This document shows, one piece after another, positions 26,239-36,475 of a stretch of DNA of 64,000 nt. The notes under the pieces were generated by a model. It searched no databases. It was given only the letters and a program-made list of their open reading frames with translations, and had not been told where the DNA came from. This DNA comes from Gammaproteobacteria bacterium (GTDB taxonomy: Bacteria; Pseudomonadota; Gammaproteobacteria; UBA4575): the NCBI GenBank assembly GCA_965242685.1, contig OZ251487.1, positions 93,591 through 157,590 of the forward strand. The letters are read 5' to 3'. Position 1 is the first letter of the stretch. Each line of letters starts with the position of its first letter. Position numbers and translations under genes: made by a program.

Positions 26239-26400
26239 CCAGCGTACTATTATTATTCAAAGAAAGTTATAGCCACTGTAACCGGTATGTAACCGCCGTA
26301 CTATTATTAAAAAAAGTATAACTTACTTGTAACTAACTATTATCATTAAAGAAAGTTTATAGCCCACTGTAACCAACTATTATCATTTCGGACTAAAAAC
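26226..26400. repeat. about 3.5 x ~50-bp tandem repeat seeded from the hisG 3-prime end (ccggtatgtaacc...)
   Basis: Units start with a copy of the hisG stop region (gccggtatgtaacc, then actgtaaccggtatgtaaccgcc, then cccactgtaaccaacta). Confidence 0.75.
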
Positions 26401-26404
26401 AGCC

Positions 26405-27481
26405 ATGATATACAAGACCGATGACCTCAGGATTATGGGGATCAAGGAAGTCATCGCACCGGCCGCGCTGCACGATGAGCTAACCATCACCGACAAGGCG
26501 TCCCGCTGTGTGTTTACCGCGCGTACCGCGGTGCAAAAGATCCTGCACGGCAAGGATGATCGGTTACTTGCCATCGTCGGCCCCTGCTCGATCCATGACC
26601 CGATAGCCGCGCACGAGTACGCCGAGCGTTTGATGGCGTTGCGCGACACCCTGGCCGACGACCTCATGATCATCATGCGCGTCTATTTTGAAAAGCCCCG
26701 CACCACGGTGGGTTGGAAAGGCTTGATCAACGACCCTTACCTGGACGGCAGTTTCAGGATCAACAAGGGCGTCCGCATTGCCCGCAAGCTATTGCTGGAC
26801 TTGAATGAAGCGGGGATGCCGGCCGGCACCGAATACCTGGATCCGATCAGTCCCCAATATGTCGCCGACCTGGTCAGTTGGGGGGCGATAGGGGCGCGCA
26901 CTACGGAAAGCCAGGTGCATCGGGAATTGGCCTCGGGCATGTCTTGTCCCATCGGTTTCAAAAATGCCACCAACGGCGGCTTGCAGGTTGCCATCGATGC
27001 CGTCGGATCGGCCACCAATCCCCATCATTTCCTGTCCGTTACCAAGGCCGGCAAGTCGGCGATTTTTTCTACCGCCGGCAACCAAGACTGCCACATCATA
27101 CTACGCGGCGGCAAGGGGCCGAATTACAGCTCACAAGCCATCAATGAGGCGGCCAACTTGCTGGAAACATCGGGCCTGGCGCCGCGAGTGATGGTAGATT
27201 GCAGTCACGCCAACAGCTTCAAGCAGCATGAGAAACAGGTCGACGTGGGGAGATCCATCGCCGATCAGTTAAGTGGCGGAGATATGCGTATCTTTGGCGT
27301 CATGGTGGAAAGCCATCTCGTTGCCGGTCGCCAGGATGCGCGCCCGGGCACCGAATTGACCTATGGCCAGAGCATTACCGACGCCTGTATGGGATGGGAA
27401 GAAACCGAAGATTTGTTGCATATGCTTGCACGTGCCGTGCATCGGCGGCGTCACCTCAAGACCGCCGCCAGTGCGGCATGA
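26405..27481 (+). CDS. 3-deoxy-7-phosphoheptulonate (DAHP) synthase, class I (AroG/F/H type)
   Basis: 358 aa. LLAIVGPCSIHDP, KPRT and DCSHANS motifs. Confidence 0.85.
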   Translation: MIYKTDDLRIMGIKEVIAPAALHDELTITDKASRCVFTARTAVQKILHGKDDRLLAIVGPCSIHDPIAAHEYAERLMALRDTLADDLMIIMRVYFEKPRTTVGWKGLINDPYLDGSFRINKGVRIARKLLLDLNEAGMPAGTEYLDPISPQYVADLVSWGAIGARTTESQVHRELASGMSCPIGFKNATNGGLQVAIDAVGSATNPHHFLSVTKAGKSAIFSTAGNQDCHIILRGGKGPNYSSQAINEAANLLETSGLAPRVMVDCSHANSFKQHEKQVDVGRSIADQLSGGDMRIFGVMVESHLVAGRQDARPGTELTYGQSITDACMGWEETEDLLHMLARAVHRRRHLKTAASAA

Positions 27482-27509
27482 CCTCCAACCGCTAGGCCTT
27501 GTCACCTTC

Positions 27510-28814
27510 ATGCCGGACATTACCCGTCTTACCACCCAAGACGCCGACTTTCCTACGCGATTCAAGGCGTGGCTGTCGAGGGGCCAACCGGCTGAACAAG
27601 AAATACGTCGCAGCGTGGAGGCGATCATAGACGCCGTACACCGGCGCGGCGATGAAGCCCTGCTGGAATTTACCCGCCGCTACGATCAGATCACTGTAGC
27701 GCAGGTGAGCGAGCTGGAAATTTCAAAATCACGCATGCACGCGGCCTTGGAAGATATAACTACGGAACAGCGTCAAGCCTTGAACGTTGCCGCTGCCCGC
27801 ATCCGCGCCTATGCGCAACGACAGGCGTTGCAGTCCTGGTCTATGGAGGATGAAGACGGCAACAGATTGGGGCAGGTCGTAACCGCACTGGAAAGAGTGG
27901 GCGTGTACGTACCGGGCGGCACGGCGGCCTACCCGTCTACCGTATTGATGAACGTAATTCCGGCCAAGGTGGCCGGAGTCGAGCACGTCTGCATGGCGGT
28001 GCCGGCCTTGCGGGGCAAGGTAAACCCGATGGTATTGGCGGCGGCGGCGATTGCCGGAGTAGACCGCGCATTTACCATAGGGGGCGCGCAAGCCATCGCC
28101 GCCTTGGCATTCGGCACCCCGACCGTCCCCAAGGTGGACAAGATCGTCGGCCCCGGCAACGCCTACGTCGCCAATGCGAAACGCCTGTTGTTCGGCCGGG
28201 TGGGTATAGACATGATCGCGGGGCCTTCCGAAGTGTTGATAATCTGTGACGACAGCGCCAACCCCGAGTGGGTGGCCATAGACCTATTTTCGCAGGCCGA
28301 ACATGATGTAAGCGCGCGTGCCGTGTTAATCTGTACGCAGGGGGAATTTATCGACCGAGTTTCGCAACACATGCAACACCTGCTTACCGAACTTGAACGC
28401 GCGGATACGATCAGACGATCCGTCGATGATTACGGCGCCTTGATACAGGTTGCCGACCTCGACGAAGCCGTCGGGCTTGCCAACGAGATCGCCCCCGAAC
28501 ACTTGGGGTTATGCGTTGCCGACCCCGATCCACTGGTCAAAAAGATCCGCAATGCCGGCGCGATATTCCTCGGGCATTATTCGCCCGAAGTATTTGGCGA
28601 TTATTGCGCGGGCCCCAACCACGTGCTACCGACCGCTGGTACCGCGCGTTTTTCCTCCCCCTTGGGCGTATACGACTTTCAGAAACGCACCGGCCTCGTG
28701 CGCTGCTCGCGCAAGGGTGCCGATAAACTAAGCGATGTGGCGGCGGTCTTGGCCTATAGTGAAGGCCTGTCCGCCCATGCAAGATCGGCGGAATATCGCC
28801 GCCAACAGAAATAG
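27510..28814 (+). CDS. hisD: histidinol dehydrogenase
   Basis: Start moved to MPDITRLTTQDADF (ATG at 27510) to avoid overlap with the DAHP synthase gene. The protein aligns with HisD. Confidence 0.9.
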   Translation: MPDITRLTTQDADFPTRFKAWLSRGQPAEQEIRRSVEAIIDAVHRRGDEALLEFTRRYDQITVAQVSELEISKSRMHAALEDITTEQRQALNVAAARIRAYAQRQALQSWSMEDEDGNRLGQVVTALERVGVYVPGGTAAYPSTVLMNVIPAKVAGVEHVCMAVPALRGKVNPMVLAAAAIAGVDRAFTIGGAQAIAALAFGTPTVPKVDKIVGPGNAYVANAKRLLFGRVGIDMIAGPSEVLIICDDSANPEWVAIDLFSQAEHDVSARAVLICTQGEFIDRVSQHMQHLLTELERADTIRRSVDDYGALIQVADLDEAVGLANEIAPEHLGLCVADPDPLVKKIRNAGAIFLGHYSPEVFGDYCAGPNHVLPTAGTARFSSPLGVYDFQKRTGLVRCSRKGADKLSDVAAVLAYSEGLSAHARSAEYRRQQK

Positions 28815-28826
28815 CCTGGCAGTATT

Positions 28827-29906
28827 ATGACCGTCACCCCCCGACAAATCCTTCGCCCGGAGATCATGGATCTTCGCCCGTATCAAACGGTCGAGGCCAA
28901 GGGCTTGGTCAGACTACATGCGATGGAAAGCCCGTACTCCCTGCCGGCCTCGGTGCGCCGGCAATGGCTGGACAAATTGAGAGAGATCGAATTAAACCGC
29001 TATCCCGACCCGCGCATGACACCGCTCAAACAGGCCTTTCAGGATACCTTTGCGATCCCTTCGCACCTTGACCTGATGTTCGGTAACGGTTCGGATGAAT
29101 TGATCCAATTATTGGTATTGGCGGTGGCCCGGCCCGACGCCCGTATGCTCACCGTGGTACCCGGCTTTTCGATGTACAGGCTCATCGGTAAATCTGTCGG
29201 CGTGCGCATGATCGAAGTGCCGCTGGCGGAGGGATCCTTTGCCCTCCAGACGGAACTGATGTGCCAACACATTCAGGATCACAGTCCCGCAATAGTGTTT
29301 TTGGCGTGTCCCAACAATCCCACCGGCACGCTTTGGCCGCGCGAAGACGTTGAGGAGATCGTGCGGCAGGCCACCGGTTTGGTGGTGATCGATGAGGCCT
29401 ATACGCCGTTTGCCTCGCACTCCATGATGGGACTGGCCGAAAAATACCCGCACGTATTGATATTGCGCACGCTGTCAAAGATGGGTTTGGCCGGCTTGCG
29501 GCTTGGTTGGTTGTCGGGCGCCGAGGAGTGGTTGCGCGAGCTTGACAAGTTGCGTTTGCCCTATAACGTCAACGCCTTGACGCAGGCAAGTGCCCAGTTT
29601 GCGCTGGATCATATTTCCGTGTTTGAAGAACAGATAAAACTCGTTCGGGGGCAGCGCGAGAAACTGATCACGGCAATGCGCGACATAGACGGCATCCAAG
29701 TATTTCCCAGTGAGGCCAACTTTGTCCTATTCAAGGTACTGCATACTTCCGCCGATGCCGTATTCAAACGCTTGCTTGAAGGCAAGATCATGGTCAAGAA
29801 CGTGGCCGAAGACGGCCTGCTTGAAAATTGCCTGCGCGTTACGGTAGGCGCCAAAAATGAAAATCTGGCCTTTCTCGCCACCCTGGGCGACGCCTTGTCC
29901 CGATGA
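28827..29906 (+). CDS. hisC: histidinol-phosphate aminotransferase
   Basis: 359 aa class-II aminotransferase. Immediately follows hisD. Confidence 0.85.
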   Translation: MTVTPRQILRPEIMDLRPYQTVEAKGLVRLHAMESPYSLPASVRRQWLDKLREIELNRYPDPRMTPLKQAFQDTFAIPSHLDLMFGNGSDELIQLLVLAVARPDARMLTVVPGFSMYRLIGKSVGVRMIEVPLAEGSFALQTELMCQHIQDHSPAIVFLACPNNPTGTLWPREDVEEIVRQATGLVVIDEAYTPFASHSMMGLAEKYPHVLILRTLSKMGLAGLRLGWLSGAEEWLRELDKLRLPYNVNALTQASAQFALDHISVFEEQIKLVRGQREKLITAMRDIDGIQVFPSEANFVLFKVLHTSADAVFKRLLEGKIMVKNVAEDGLLENCLRVTVGAKNENLAFLATLGDALSR

Positions 29907-29912
29907 CGTGAC

Positions 29913-30671
29913 ATGGTGACCCTGCAAGAGCTGGTTCAATATACGGACGATCTCTTACATGCGGATCGCATTAAAGACTACTGCCCAAACGGATTGCAGG
30001 TTGAGGGCAAGGCCGAGATTCAAAGGATCATTACCGGTGTGACCGCCAGCCGCGCCCTGCTGGATGCCGCCTGCGACAGGCAGGCCGATGCAATTCTGGT
30101 GCACCACGGCTATTTCTGGAAAAACGAAGACCCGAGAATAGTCGGCATAAAGCGCGGGCGGTTGGCCGTATTACTGAAGAATGACATCAGCCTGTTGGCG
30201 TATCACCTGCCGTTGGACGCCCATCCGGAGGTGGGCAACAACGCACAGCTGGCGCTTCTCCTGGGGATCAAGGTTGACGGGATAATGCAATCCGAGACGC
30301 AGCCGGTCTGTGGCAGCTACGGCCATTTGAGGCAGGCCGTACCGGCGGCGGACTTCAAAGACCTGATCGATACCTCTCTGCAACGCGACTGCATACACGT
30401 CGACGCCGGGCCGCCCTCGATCACTACCGTCGGCTGGTGTACCGGCGCCGGGCAGGGGTTTATTGAATTGGCGGTAGCGCAGGGCCTGGACGCCTATATA
30501 AGCGGTGAAATATCGGAGCCTACCGCACACGTGGCCAACGAGGCGGGCATCCATTATTTTGCCGCCGGCCATCATGCAACGGAACGCTACGGCATTCACG
30601 CCCTGGGCCGACATCTGGCGGAAAAATTTGATCTTTTGCACGAATTTATAGACATGGACAACCCCGCATGA
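29913..30671 (+). CDS. Nif3-family dinuclear metal center protein (YbgI/YqfO-like)
   Basis: 252 aa with a HHGYFW... motif. Confidence 0.7.
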   Translation: MVTLQELVQYTDDLLHADRIKDYCPNGLQVEGKAEIQRIITGVTASRALLDAACDRQADAILVHHGYFWKNEDPRIVGIKRGRLAVLLKNDISLLAYHLPLDAHPEVGNNAQLALLLGIKVDGIMQSETQPVCGSYGHLRQAVPAADFKDLIDTSLQRDCIHVDAGPPSITTVGWCTGAGQGFIELAVAQGLDAYISGEISEPTAHVANEAGIHYFAAGHHATERYGIHALGRHLAEKFDLLHEFIDMDNPA

Positions 30672-30686
30672 GCACGGGGGTTTTTT
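30662..30686 (+). terminator. putative intrinsic terminator (ccccg-N8-cgggg + T6) overlapping the nif3 stop
   Basis: 5-bp GC stem, 8-nt loop, then a T6 run. Confidence 0.45.
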
Positions 30687-30866
30687 GCCGTGCACTTGAC
30701 GAAACCCGAAACTTCCGCCATTCTCCCTGTTTTTGCATCCCTGGTAAAATTATCGCGTGTGAAGGTAAAAGATATTCCGCAACGAGTATCGGTAAATCCG
30801 TATTTTATCCCCCGACCGCGTTACCGATGTTTTTGTTAGTTACTTGAGTTGAGGAGAGCCATCAAC

Positions 30867-31469
30867 ATGGCAGAAGATGACATTGATCACGGCCGCCGCA
30901 AGGCACTGACGGGCGGTGCGGTAGTCGTCGGCGGCATCGGCGCCGCGGTGGCGACCTGGCCGTTCTTTTCCAGCATGAACCCGAGTGCCAGCGCGCTGGC
31001 CGCGGGGGCGCCGATAGAGGTGGACGTAAGCAAGATGGAGCCTGGCCAGCAAATCCAGGAGATCTGGCGGCGCAAGCCCGTATGGATCATTCGCCGCACC
31101 CCCGAAATGATAGAGAGCTTGGGGAGAATAACGCCAAAACTTCGAGACCCCGACTCGCAAGAGGAAGGCCAGCAACCGGCCTTTGCGCAAAACGAATACC
31201 GCTCCATAAACAAAGAATTTCTGGTATTGATCGGCATCTGCACGCATCTTGGCTGCTCACCGGAATTTCGCCCCGAGCCGGGCGCCGAAGGGCTGGGGGC
31301 AAACTGGCCGGGAGGTTTTTACTGCGCCTGCCACGGCTCAAGGTTTGATCTGGCGGGGCGCGTCTACAAGCACATGCCGGCAAACAAAAATCTTGAAGTC
31401 CCTCCCTATCACTTCATCAGTGAAAAGCGAATGCTGATCGGCATGACTAAGGAGGATGTCCTGGCATGA
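30867..31469 (+). CDS. petA: ubiquinol-cytochrome c reductase Rieske iron-sulfur subunit
   Basis: CTHLGCSP and CACHGSRFD boxes. Tat signal RRKALTGG. SD gaggagag lies 9 nt upstream of the chosen ATG. Confidence 0.85.
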   Translation: MAEDDIDHGRRKALTGGAVVVGGIGAAVATWPFFSSMNPSASALAAGAPIEVDVSKMEPGQQIQEIWRRKPVWIIRRTPEMIESLGRITPKLRDPDSQEEGQQPAFAQNEYRSINKEFLVLIGICTHLGCSPEFRPEPGAEGLGANWPGGFYCACHGSRFDLAGRVYKHMPANKNLEVPPYHFISEKRMLIGMTKEDVLA

Positions 31470-32887
31470 GCAGGCCAATACGGGGCTTGTTTGAGTGGCT
31501 AGACGCGCGCTTTCCACTCAGTAAGATGTGGAGGGAGCACCTGTCCGAATACTACGCCCCCAAGAACTTCAACTTCTGGTACTTCTTCGGCTCATTGGCC
31601 TTGCTGGTGCTGGTTATCCAGATCGTCAGCGGCATTTTCTTGACCATGCACTACAAGCCCGATGCGGAGCTGGCCTTTGCATCGGTAGAGCACATCATGC
31701 GGGACGTGAATTGGGGCTGGCTAATTCGCTACATGCACTCGACGGGCGCCTCGTTCTTCTTCATCGTCGTCTATCTGCATATGTTTCGTGGCTTGATGTA
31801 CGGCTCCTTCAAAAACCCGCGTGAATTGATATGGATATTGGGCATGTTGCTTTACGTGGCACTCATGGCGGAGGCCTTTATGGGTTACCTGTTGCCGTGG
31901 GGCAACATGTCATATTGGGGCGCCCAGGTCATCATCAATCTGTTCAACACCATCCCGTTCGTTGGCGAGGCGATCTCCGAATGGATACGGGGCGACTTCG
32001 TAATCTCCGATGCCACCCTCAACCGATTTTTTGCCCTGCACGTGATCGCCGTGCCGTTGGCGATATTGGCGCTGGCCATCTTCCATATCCTGGCGCTACA
32101 CGAGGTAGGCTCCAATAATCCCGACGGGGTCGAGATCAAGGAATTGAAAGGCGCGGACGGCAAGCCGCTAGACGGCATCCCGTTCCATCCCTACTACACG
32201 GTCAAGGACATCTTCGGTGCGGTGGTATTCCTGGCCATCTTTTCGTTTGTGATGTTTTTCACCCCCGAGATGTACGGCTACTTCCTGGAACATGCCAACT
32301 TTGATCCGGCCAATCCCCTCAACACCCCCGATCACATCGCGCCGATCTGGTATTTCACTCCGTTCTATACGGTGCTGCGTGCGATCCCCAATCCATTTGG
32401 CGGGTTTCTGGCGATGGGGCTGGCGATAGTGGTGCTGTTCTTCTTACCGTGGATTGATCGCAATCCGATCAAATCCATCCGCTATCGTAGCCTGTTGTTC
32501 AAGATCAACCTCATCATCTTTGCCGTGACGTTTATCATTCTCGGTTATCTGGGCATGAAACCCGTCACCCCGTTATATCAACAGTTGGCGTTGCGCTTCT
32601 CCGAATTATACTTCCTGTTTTTCTTCGTGCTGTGGGCGTACAGCCGGCCGCGTTCTATGGTCTTCTGGTTTACCAGTTTCACCCTCATCTTTGGCGGCAT
32701 TACCCTCTATGACATCTACCAGTTGGGCGGCGTCAGCTTTTACAACATGTACGTACAGAACCCCGAAAACGAAGGCCTGGTGTGGTTGACGTGGCTGATC
32801 CCCCTGGTCTATCTATCCGTCACCCTGCTATTGCCGGCCGTGACCAGTCTGGGCAGCGAAAAACAAGTGCCTACCCGGGTGACGTAA
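31466..32887 (+). CDS. petB: cytochrome b (bc1 complex), with a C-terminal extension
   Basis: 473 aa multi-TM protein with conserved heme-ligand histidines. Confidence 0.9.
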   Translation: MSRPIRGLFEWLDARFPLSKMWREHLSEYYAPKNFNFWYFFGSLALLVLVIQIVSGIFLTMHYKPDAELAFASVEHIMRDVNWGWLIRYMHSTGASFFFIVVYLHMFRGLMYGSFKNPRELIWILGMLLYVALMAEAFMGYLLPWGNMSYWGAQVIINLFNTIPFVGEAISEWIRGDFVISDATLNRFFALHVIAVPLAILALAIFHILALHEVGSNNPDGVEIKELKGADGKPLDGIPFHPYYTVKDIFGAVVFLAIFSFVMFFTPEMYGYFLEHANFDPANPLNTPDHIAPIWYFTPFYTVLRAIPNPFGGFLAMGLAIVVLFFLPWIDRNPIKSIRYRSLLFKINLIIFAVTFIILGYLGMKPVTPLYQQLALRFSELYFLFFFVLWAYSRPRSMVFWFTSFTLIFGGITLYDIYQLGGVSFYNMYVQNPENEGLVWLTWLIPLVYLSVTLLLPAVTSLGSEKQVPTRVT

Positions 32888-33654
32888 TGAAAACACTGGC
32901 GAGCTTTCTATGTGTTGCGGTACTGGTATCTTATACCCCCCATGCCCAAAGTGCCGGGGGCGCAAGCAGTTATCCGAAAGGGCATTTTGGCACGGTAGAG
33001 ATCGATCTGGACGACAAGGCCTCCTTACAACGCGGCGCCAAATACTTCGTCAACTACTGCCTCAGTTGTCACCCCTCGCAGCACAGCCGTTACAAACGCG
33101 TTGCGGACGATCTGGGCATCAGCGAAGACCTCATGGAAAAGCACCTGATCTTCACCGGACAAAAATTCGGCGACTTGATGACCGTATCGATGAAGCGGGA
33201 AGACGCAAAGAAATGGTTTCTGGGCATTGACCCGCCCGACTTAAGCACCCACGTGCGCGCCATCGGCTCGCAATCCGTATACGAGTTTCTACAGACCTTT
33301 TACGTCGATGACGCCCGCCCTTTCGGCGTCAACAACCTCTATCTGCCAAACACCGCAATGCCGCACGTACTGGCCGATTTACAGGGTCTGCAAAGAGCCG
33401 TATTCCATGACGAAGTCACCGACGATGACAGGCATCACAAAAAATTCGTAAAGTTTGAGCAGGTAAAAGCGGGTGCACTCAACGAGGAGGAATACCATCG
33501 AGTCATCGCCGACATCGTAAACTTTCTGGCCTACCTGAGCGAACCGGCGCGGTTGGTGCGCAAGAAGATCGGCGTTGCCGTGCTATTCTTCTTTGCCGTC
33601 TTGGGCGTGCTCACCTACTTTCTGAAACGCAACTACTGGAAGGACGTACACTGA
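32887..33654 (+). CDS. petC: cytochrome c1
   Basis: Signal peptide MKTLASFLCVAVLV; CLSCH heme motif; C-terminal TM helix. ATG overlaps the petB stop (TAATG). Confidence 0.85.
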   Translation: MKTLASFLCVAVLVSYTPHAQSAGGASSYPKGHFGTVEIDLDDKASLQRGAKYFVNYCLSCHPSQHSRYKRVADDLGISEDLMEKHLIFTGQKFGDLMTVSMKREDAKKWFLGIDPPDLSTHVRAIGSQSVYEFLQTFYVDDARPFGVNNLYLPNTAMPHVLADLQGLQRAVFHDEVTDDDRHHKKFVKFEQVKAGALNEEEYHRVIADIVNFLAYLSEPARLVRKKIGVAVLFFFAVLGVLTYFLKRNYWKDVH

Positions 33655-33688
33655 TTTTCACGCGATCGGACAACCCGAAAAGAAAACT

Positions 33689-34324
33689 ATGGCCTTACCG
33701 GTAAATCGTCGCCCCGGCATGACGCTATTCTCGGACCCGCGTTGTGCGCAGAGCCACCGCACGCGGATCGTCCTGGCGGAAAAAGACATCGTCGTTGAAA
33801 TTATCGACGTCGACCACCGCGACAAACCGCGCGAACTCCTCGACATCAATCCGTACCACTCGGTACCCACCCTGATTGATCGCGACCTGGTCCTTTATGA
33901 CGCCCACGTCATCATGGAATATCTGGACGAACGCTTCCCGCACCCGCCGTTGATGCCGGTGGATCCGGTATCCCGTTCCAAGTCTCGGCTGGCGTTGTTT
34001 CACGTCGAAAAAGACTGGTACACCTCGTTGGAGACCTTACGTTTTGGCAGCAAGAGAGCCGCCGCCGCCGCCAACAAAAAGCTTCAGAAAGACATACTTG
34101 ACGCCACCGAATTATTCAAGGTGCAGCCGTACTTTCTCAACGACGACTTTAGCCTGGTGGATTGCAGCATCGCGCCGATCCTCTGGCGGCTGCCGGGCCT
34201 CAACATAAAAATGAGCAAACCGATCATGGAATACGCCCGGCGCGTATTCGGGCGCGCCTCCTTCAAGGCCAGCCTATCCGACCAGGAGGTTGAAATGTGG
34301 CCGTCCGGCTCGTCGTCGGCATAG
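33689..34324 (+). CDS. sspA: stringent starvation protein A (GST-like)
   Basis: Collinear with E. coli SspA (MTLFS..IVLAEK....PTLIDR..IMEYLDERFPHPPLMP). Confidence 0.9.
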   Translation: MALPVNRRPGMTLFSDPRCAQSHRTRIVLAEKDIVVEIIDVDHRDKPRELLDINPYHSVPTLIDRDLVLYDAHVIMEYLDERFPHPPLMPVDPVSRSKSRLALFHVEKDWYTSLETLRFGSKRAAAAANKKLQKDILDATELFKVQPYFLNDDFSLVDCSIAPILWRLPGLNIKMSKPIMEYARRVFGRASFKASLSDQEVEMWPSGSSSA

Positions 34325-34346
34325 CGGGCGTCATTCACGTGCCGCC

Positions 34347-34748
34347 ATGACCTCCAGCCGTCCCTACCTGATCCGCGCCATCTACCAATGGATCGTCGAC
34401 AACGGCATGACCCCGCACCTCCTCGTCGCCGCCGACAGCGACCGCGTCCAGGTGCCGCGACAATCTATCGAGGAGGGCAGGATCATCCTCAACATCGGCC
34501 CCGATGCGGTACGCTCCCTGGAGCTGGGCGATGACGAGATAAACTTTGATGCCCGCTTCGGCGGTGCGTCCATGCGAGTCCGCGCCCCCGTCGAACACGT
34601 CCTGGCCATCTATGCCCGCGAAAATGGCCAAGGGATGGCATTTGCCGAACAAACCAAACCCGTGCCGGCATCGAAAGACCTACCCGAAGCACCCGCATCC
34701 GCCGAGGCCCCTAAACCCAAACGCACGCACCTGCGCGTCATCAAATGA
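34347..34748 (+). CDS. sspB: stringent starvation protein B (ClpXP adaptor)
   Basis: Start at MTSSRPYLIRAIYQWIVDNGMTPHLLV, matching the SspB N-terminus. Confidence 0.8.
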   Translation: MTSSRPYLIRAIYQWIVDNGMTPHLLVAADSDRVQVPRQSIEEGRIILNIGPDAVRSLELGDDEINFDARFGGASMRVRAPVEHVLAIYARENGQGMAFAEQTKPVPASKDLPEAPASAEAPKPKRTHLRVIK

Positions 34749-36421
34749 AAAAGCTCATGTCATTGCTGCGTTTTTGGCGGCGCCCACGTTCTGCGCGGGA
34801 TATGGATACTGATTTTCAGGCAGCTTTTGCGGCATATCAACGCGACGACTACGCTACCGCCTTACGTGGATTTCGTCCGCTTGCCGAACAGGGACATGCC
34901 GGAGCCCAGCATAGTCTGGGATTCATGTGGTGCGCGTACCGGCACGTACCAGATGATGGTGTGGGACATGCCGGAGCCCAGCATAGTCTGGGATTCATGT
35001 ACTACTATGGACATGGTGTTGCCCAGGACTCTGAGGAGGCCGTGTCCTGGTTTCGCAAGGCCGCCGAACAAGGATTGGCCGCCGCCCAATTTATTCTGGG
35101 CACCTTGTACGAAGGAGGAAAAAAGGGCGTTGGCCGGGACTCCGCGCAGGCTATGTCCTGGTATCGCAAGGCCGCCAACCAGGGAAATGTCCAAGCCCAG
35201 TTTTTTCTGGGAGACATGTACCGCGAAGGAAGGGGCGTTGCCCGGGACTCCGCGCAGGCCATGTCCTGGTATCATAAGGCCGCCGACCAGGGATATGCCA
35301 AAGCCCAGGCTCTTCTGGGACTCGGGTACTACAACGGAGAGGGCGTTGCCCGGGACTCCGCACAGGCCGTGTCCTGGTGGCGCAAGGCCGCCGAGCAGGG
35401 AGATGACAGAGCCCAGTTTTCTCTGGGAAACATGTACCACGAAGGAGAGGGCGTTCCCCGGGACTCCGAGGAGGCCGTGTCCTGGTATCGCCAGGCCGCC
35501 GACCAGGGAAATGTCCAAGCCCAGTTTAATTTGGGATCTATATACTACAAAGGAGAGGGCGTTGCCCAGGACTTCCAACAGGCCATGTCCTGGTATCGTA
35601 AGGCCGCCGACCAGGGAATTACCAAAGCCCAGGCCCTTCTGGGAGTCATGTACGCCAAAGGCGAGGGCGTTGCCCAGGATCTCATACAAGCCTACGCCTG
35701 GTTTGATCTCGCCGCCGCACAAGGCGATGAAAACGCGAAGAGACTCCGGGACATGGTAAAGAAACGCATGACGCCGGCACAGCTTACCGAAGCCCAAAAG
35801 GGCGTTGCCCGGGACTCCACGCAGGCTATGTCCTGGTATCATAAGGCCGCCGACCAAGGAGATGCCAATGCCCAGTATAGTCTGGGAGCCATGTACTACG
35901 AAGGAAAGGGCGTTGCCCAGGACTATGAGCAGGCCGTATCCTGGTATCGCCAGGCCGCTGACCAAGGATTGGCCATCGCCCAGTTTAATCTGGGAGTCAT
36001 GTACTACCATGGACAGGGCGTTGCCCGGGATTACGCGCAGGCCGTGTCCTGGTATCGTAAGGCCGCCGAGCAGGGACATGCCGCCGCCCAGTATAGTCTG
36101 GGAGCTATGTACTACGAAGGAAAGGGCGTTGACCGGGACTTCGGGAAGACCATGTCCTGGTATCGCAAAGCTGCCGCACAGGGATTTGCCCTTGCCCAGT
36201 CTAATCTGGGAGTCATGTACGCCATGGGAGAGGGCGTTGCCCGGGATCTCGTACAGGCCTACGCCTGGTTTGATCTCGCCGCCGCGCAAGGCCATGAAAA
36301 AGCGAGGGAAGACCGGGACTTGATAAAGCAAACCATGACATCGGCCCAGCTTGCCGAAGCCCAGTACCTCAGCCGCGGCCTGGCGGCGCAGATTTCCCCG
36401 AATGAAAATCCGAAACCATAA
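34745..36421 (+). CDS. Sel1-like repeat (SLR/TPR-like) protein; appears to be an in-frame fusion of two paralogous units
   Basis: 558 aa of ~36-aa AQxxLGxMYxxGxGVxxDxxxAxxWYRKAAxQG repeats. Internal tail motif RLRDMVKKRMTPAQLTEAQK marks a junction. No signal peptide. Confidence 0.8.
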   Translation: MKKLMSLLRFWRRPRSARDMDTDFQAAFAAYQRDDYATALRGFRPLAEQGHAGAQHSLGFMWCAYRHVPDDGVGHAGAQHSLGFMYYYGHGVAQDSEEAVSWFRKAAEQGLAAAQFILGTLYEGGKKGVGRDSAQAMSWYRKAANQGNVQAQFFLGDMYREGRGVARDSAQAMSWYHKAADQGYAKAQALLGLGYYNGEGVARDSAQAVSWWRKAAEQGDDRAQFSLGNMYHEGEGVPRDSEEAVSWYRQAADQGNVQAQFNLGSIYYKGEGVAQDFQQAMSWYRKAADQGITKAQALLGVMYAKGEGVAQDLIQAYAWFDLAAAQGDENAKRLRDMVKKRMTPAQLTEAQKGVARDSTQAMSWYHKAADQGDANAQYSLGAMYYEGKGVAQDYEQAVSWYRQAADQGLAIAQFNLGVMYYHGQGVARDYAQAVSWYRKAAEQGHAAAQYSLGAMYYEGKGVDRDFGKTMSWYRKAAAQGFALAQSNLGVMYAMGEGVARDLVQAYAWFDLAAAQGHEKAREDRDLIKQTMTSAQLAEAQYLSRGLAAQISPNENPKP

Positions 36422-36475
36422 TTTCAGCCGCGACCTGGCGGTGAAGATCTCCTCGAATGAATACCTGGAGATAAA

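Noticed and set aside
34827-36331. Long alternative-frame and antisense ORFs across the Sel1 genes (34827..35759+, 34862..36331-, 36617..37753-)
   Set aside because: Periodic repeat DNA keeps several frames open. Only the annotated frame gives canonical Sel1 repeats.
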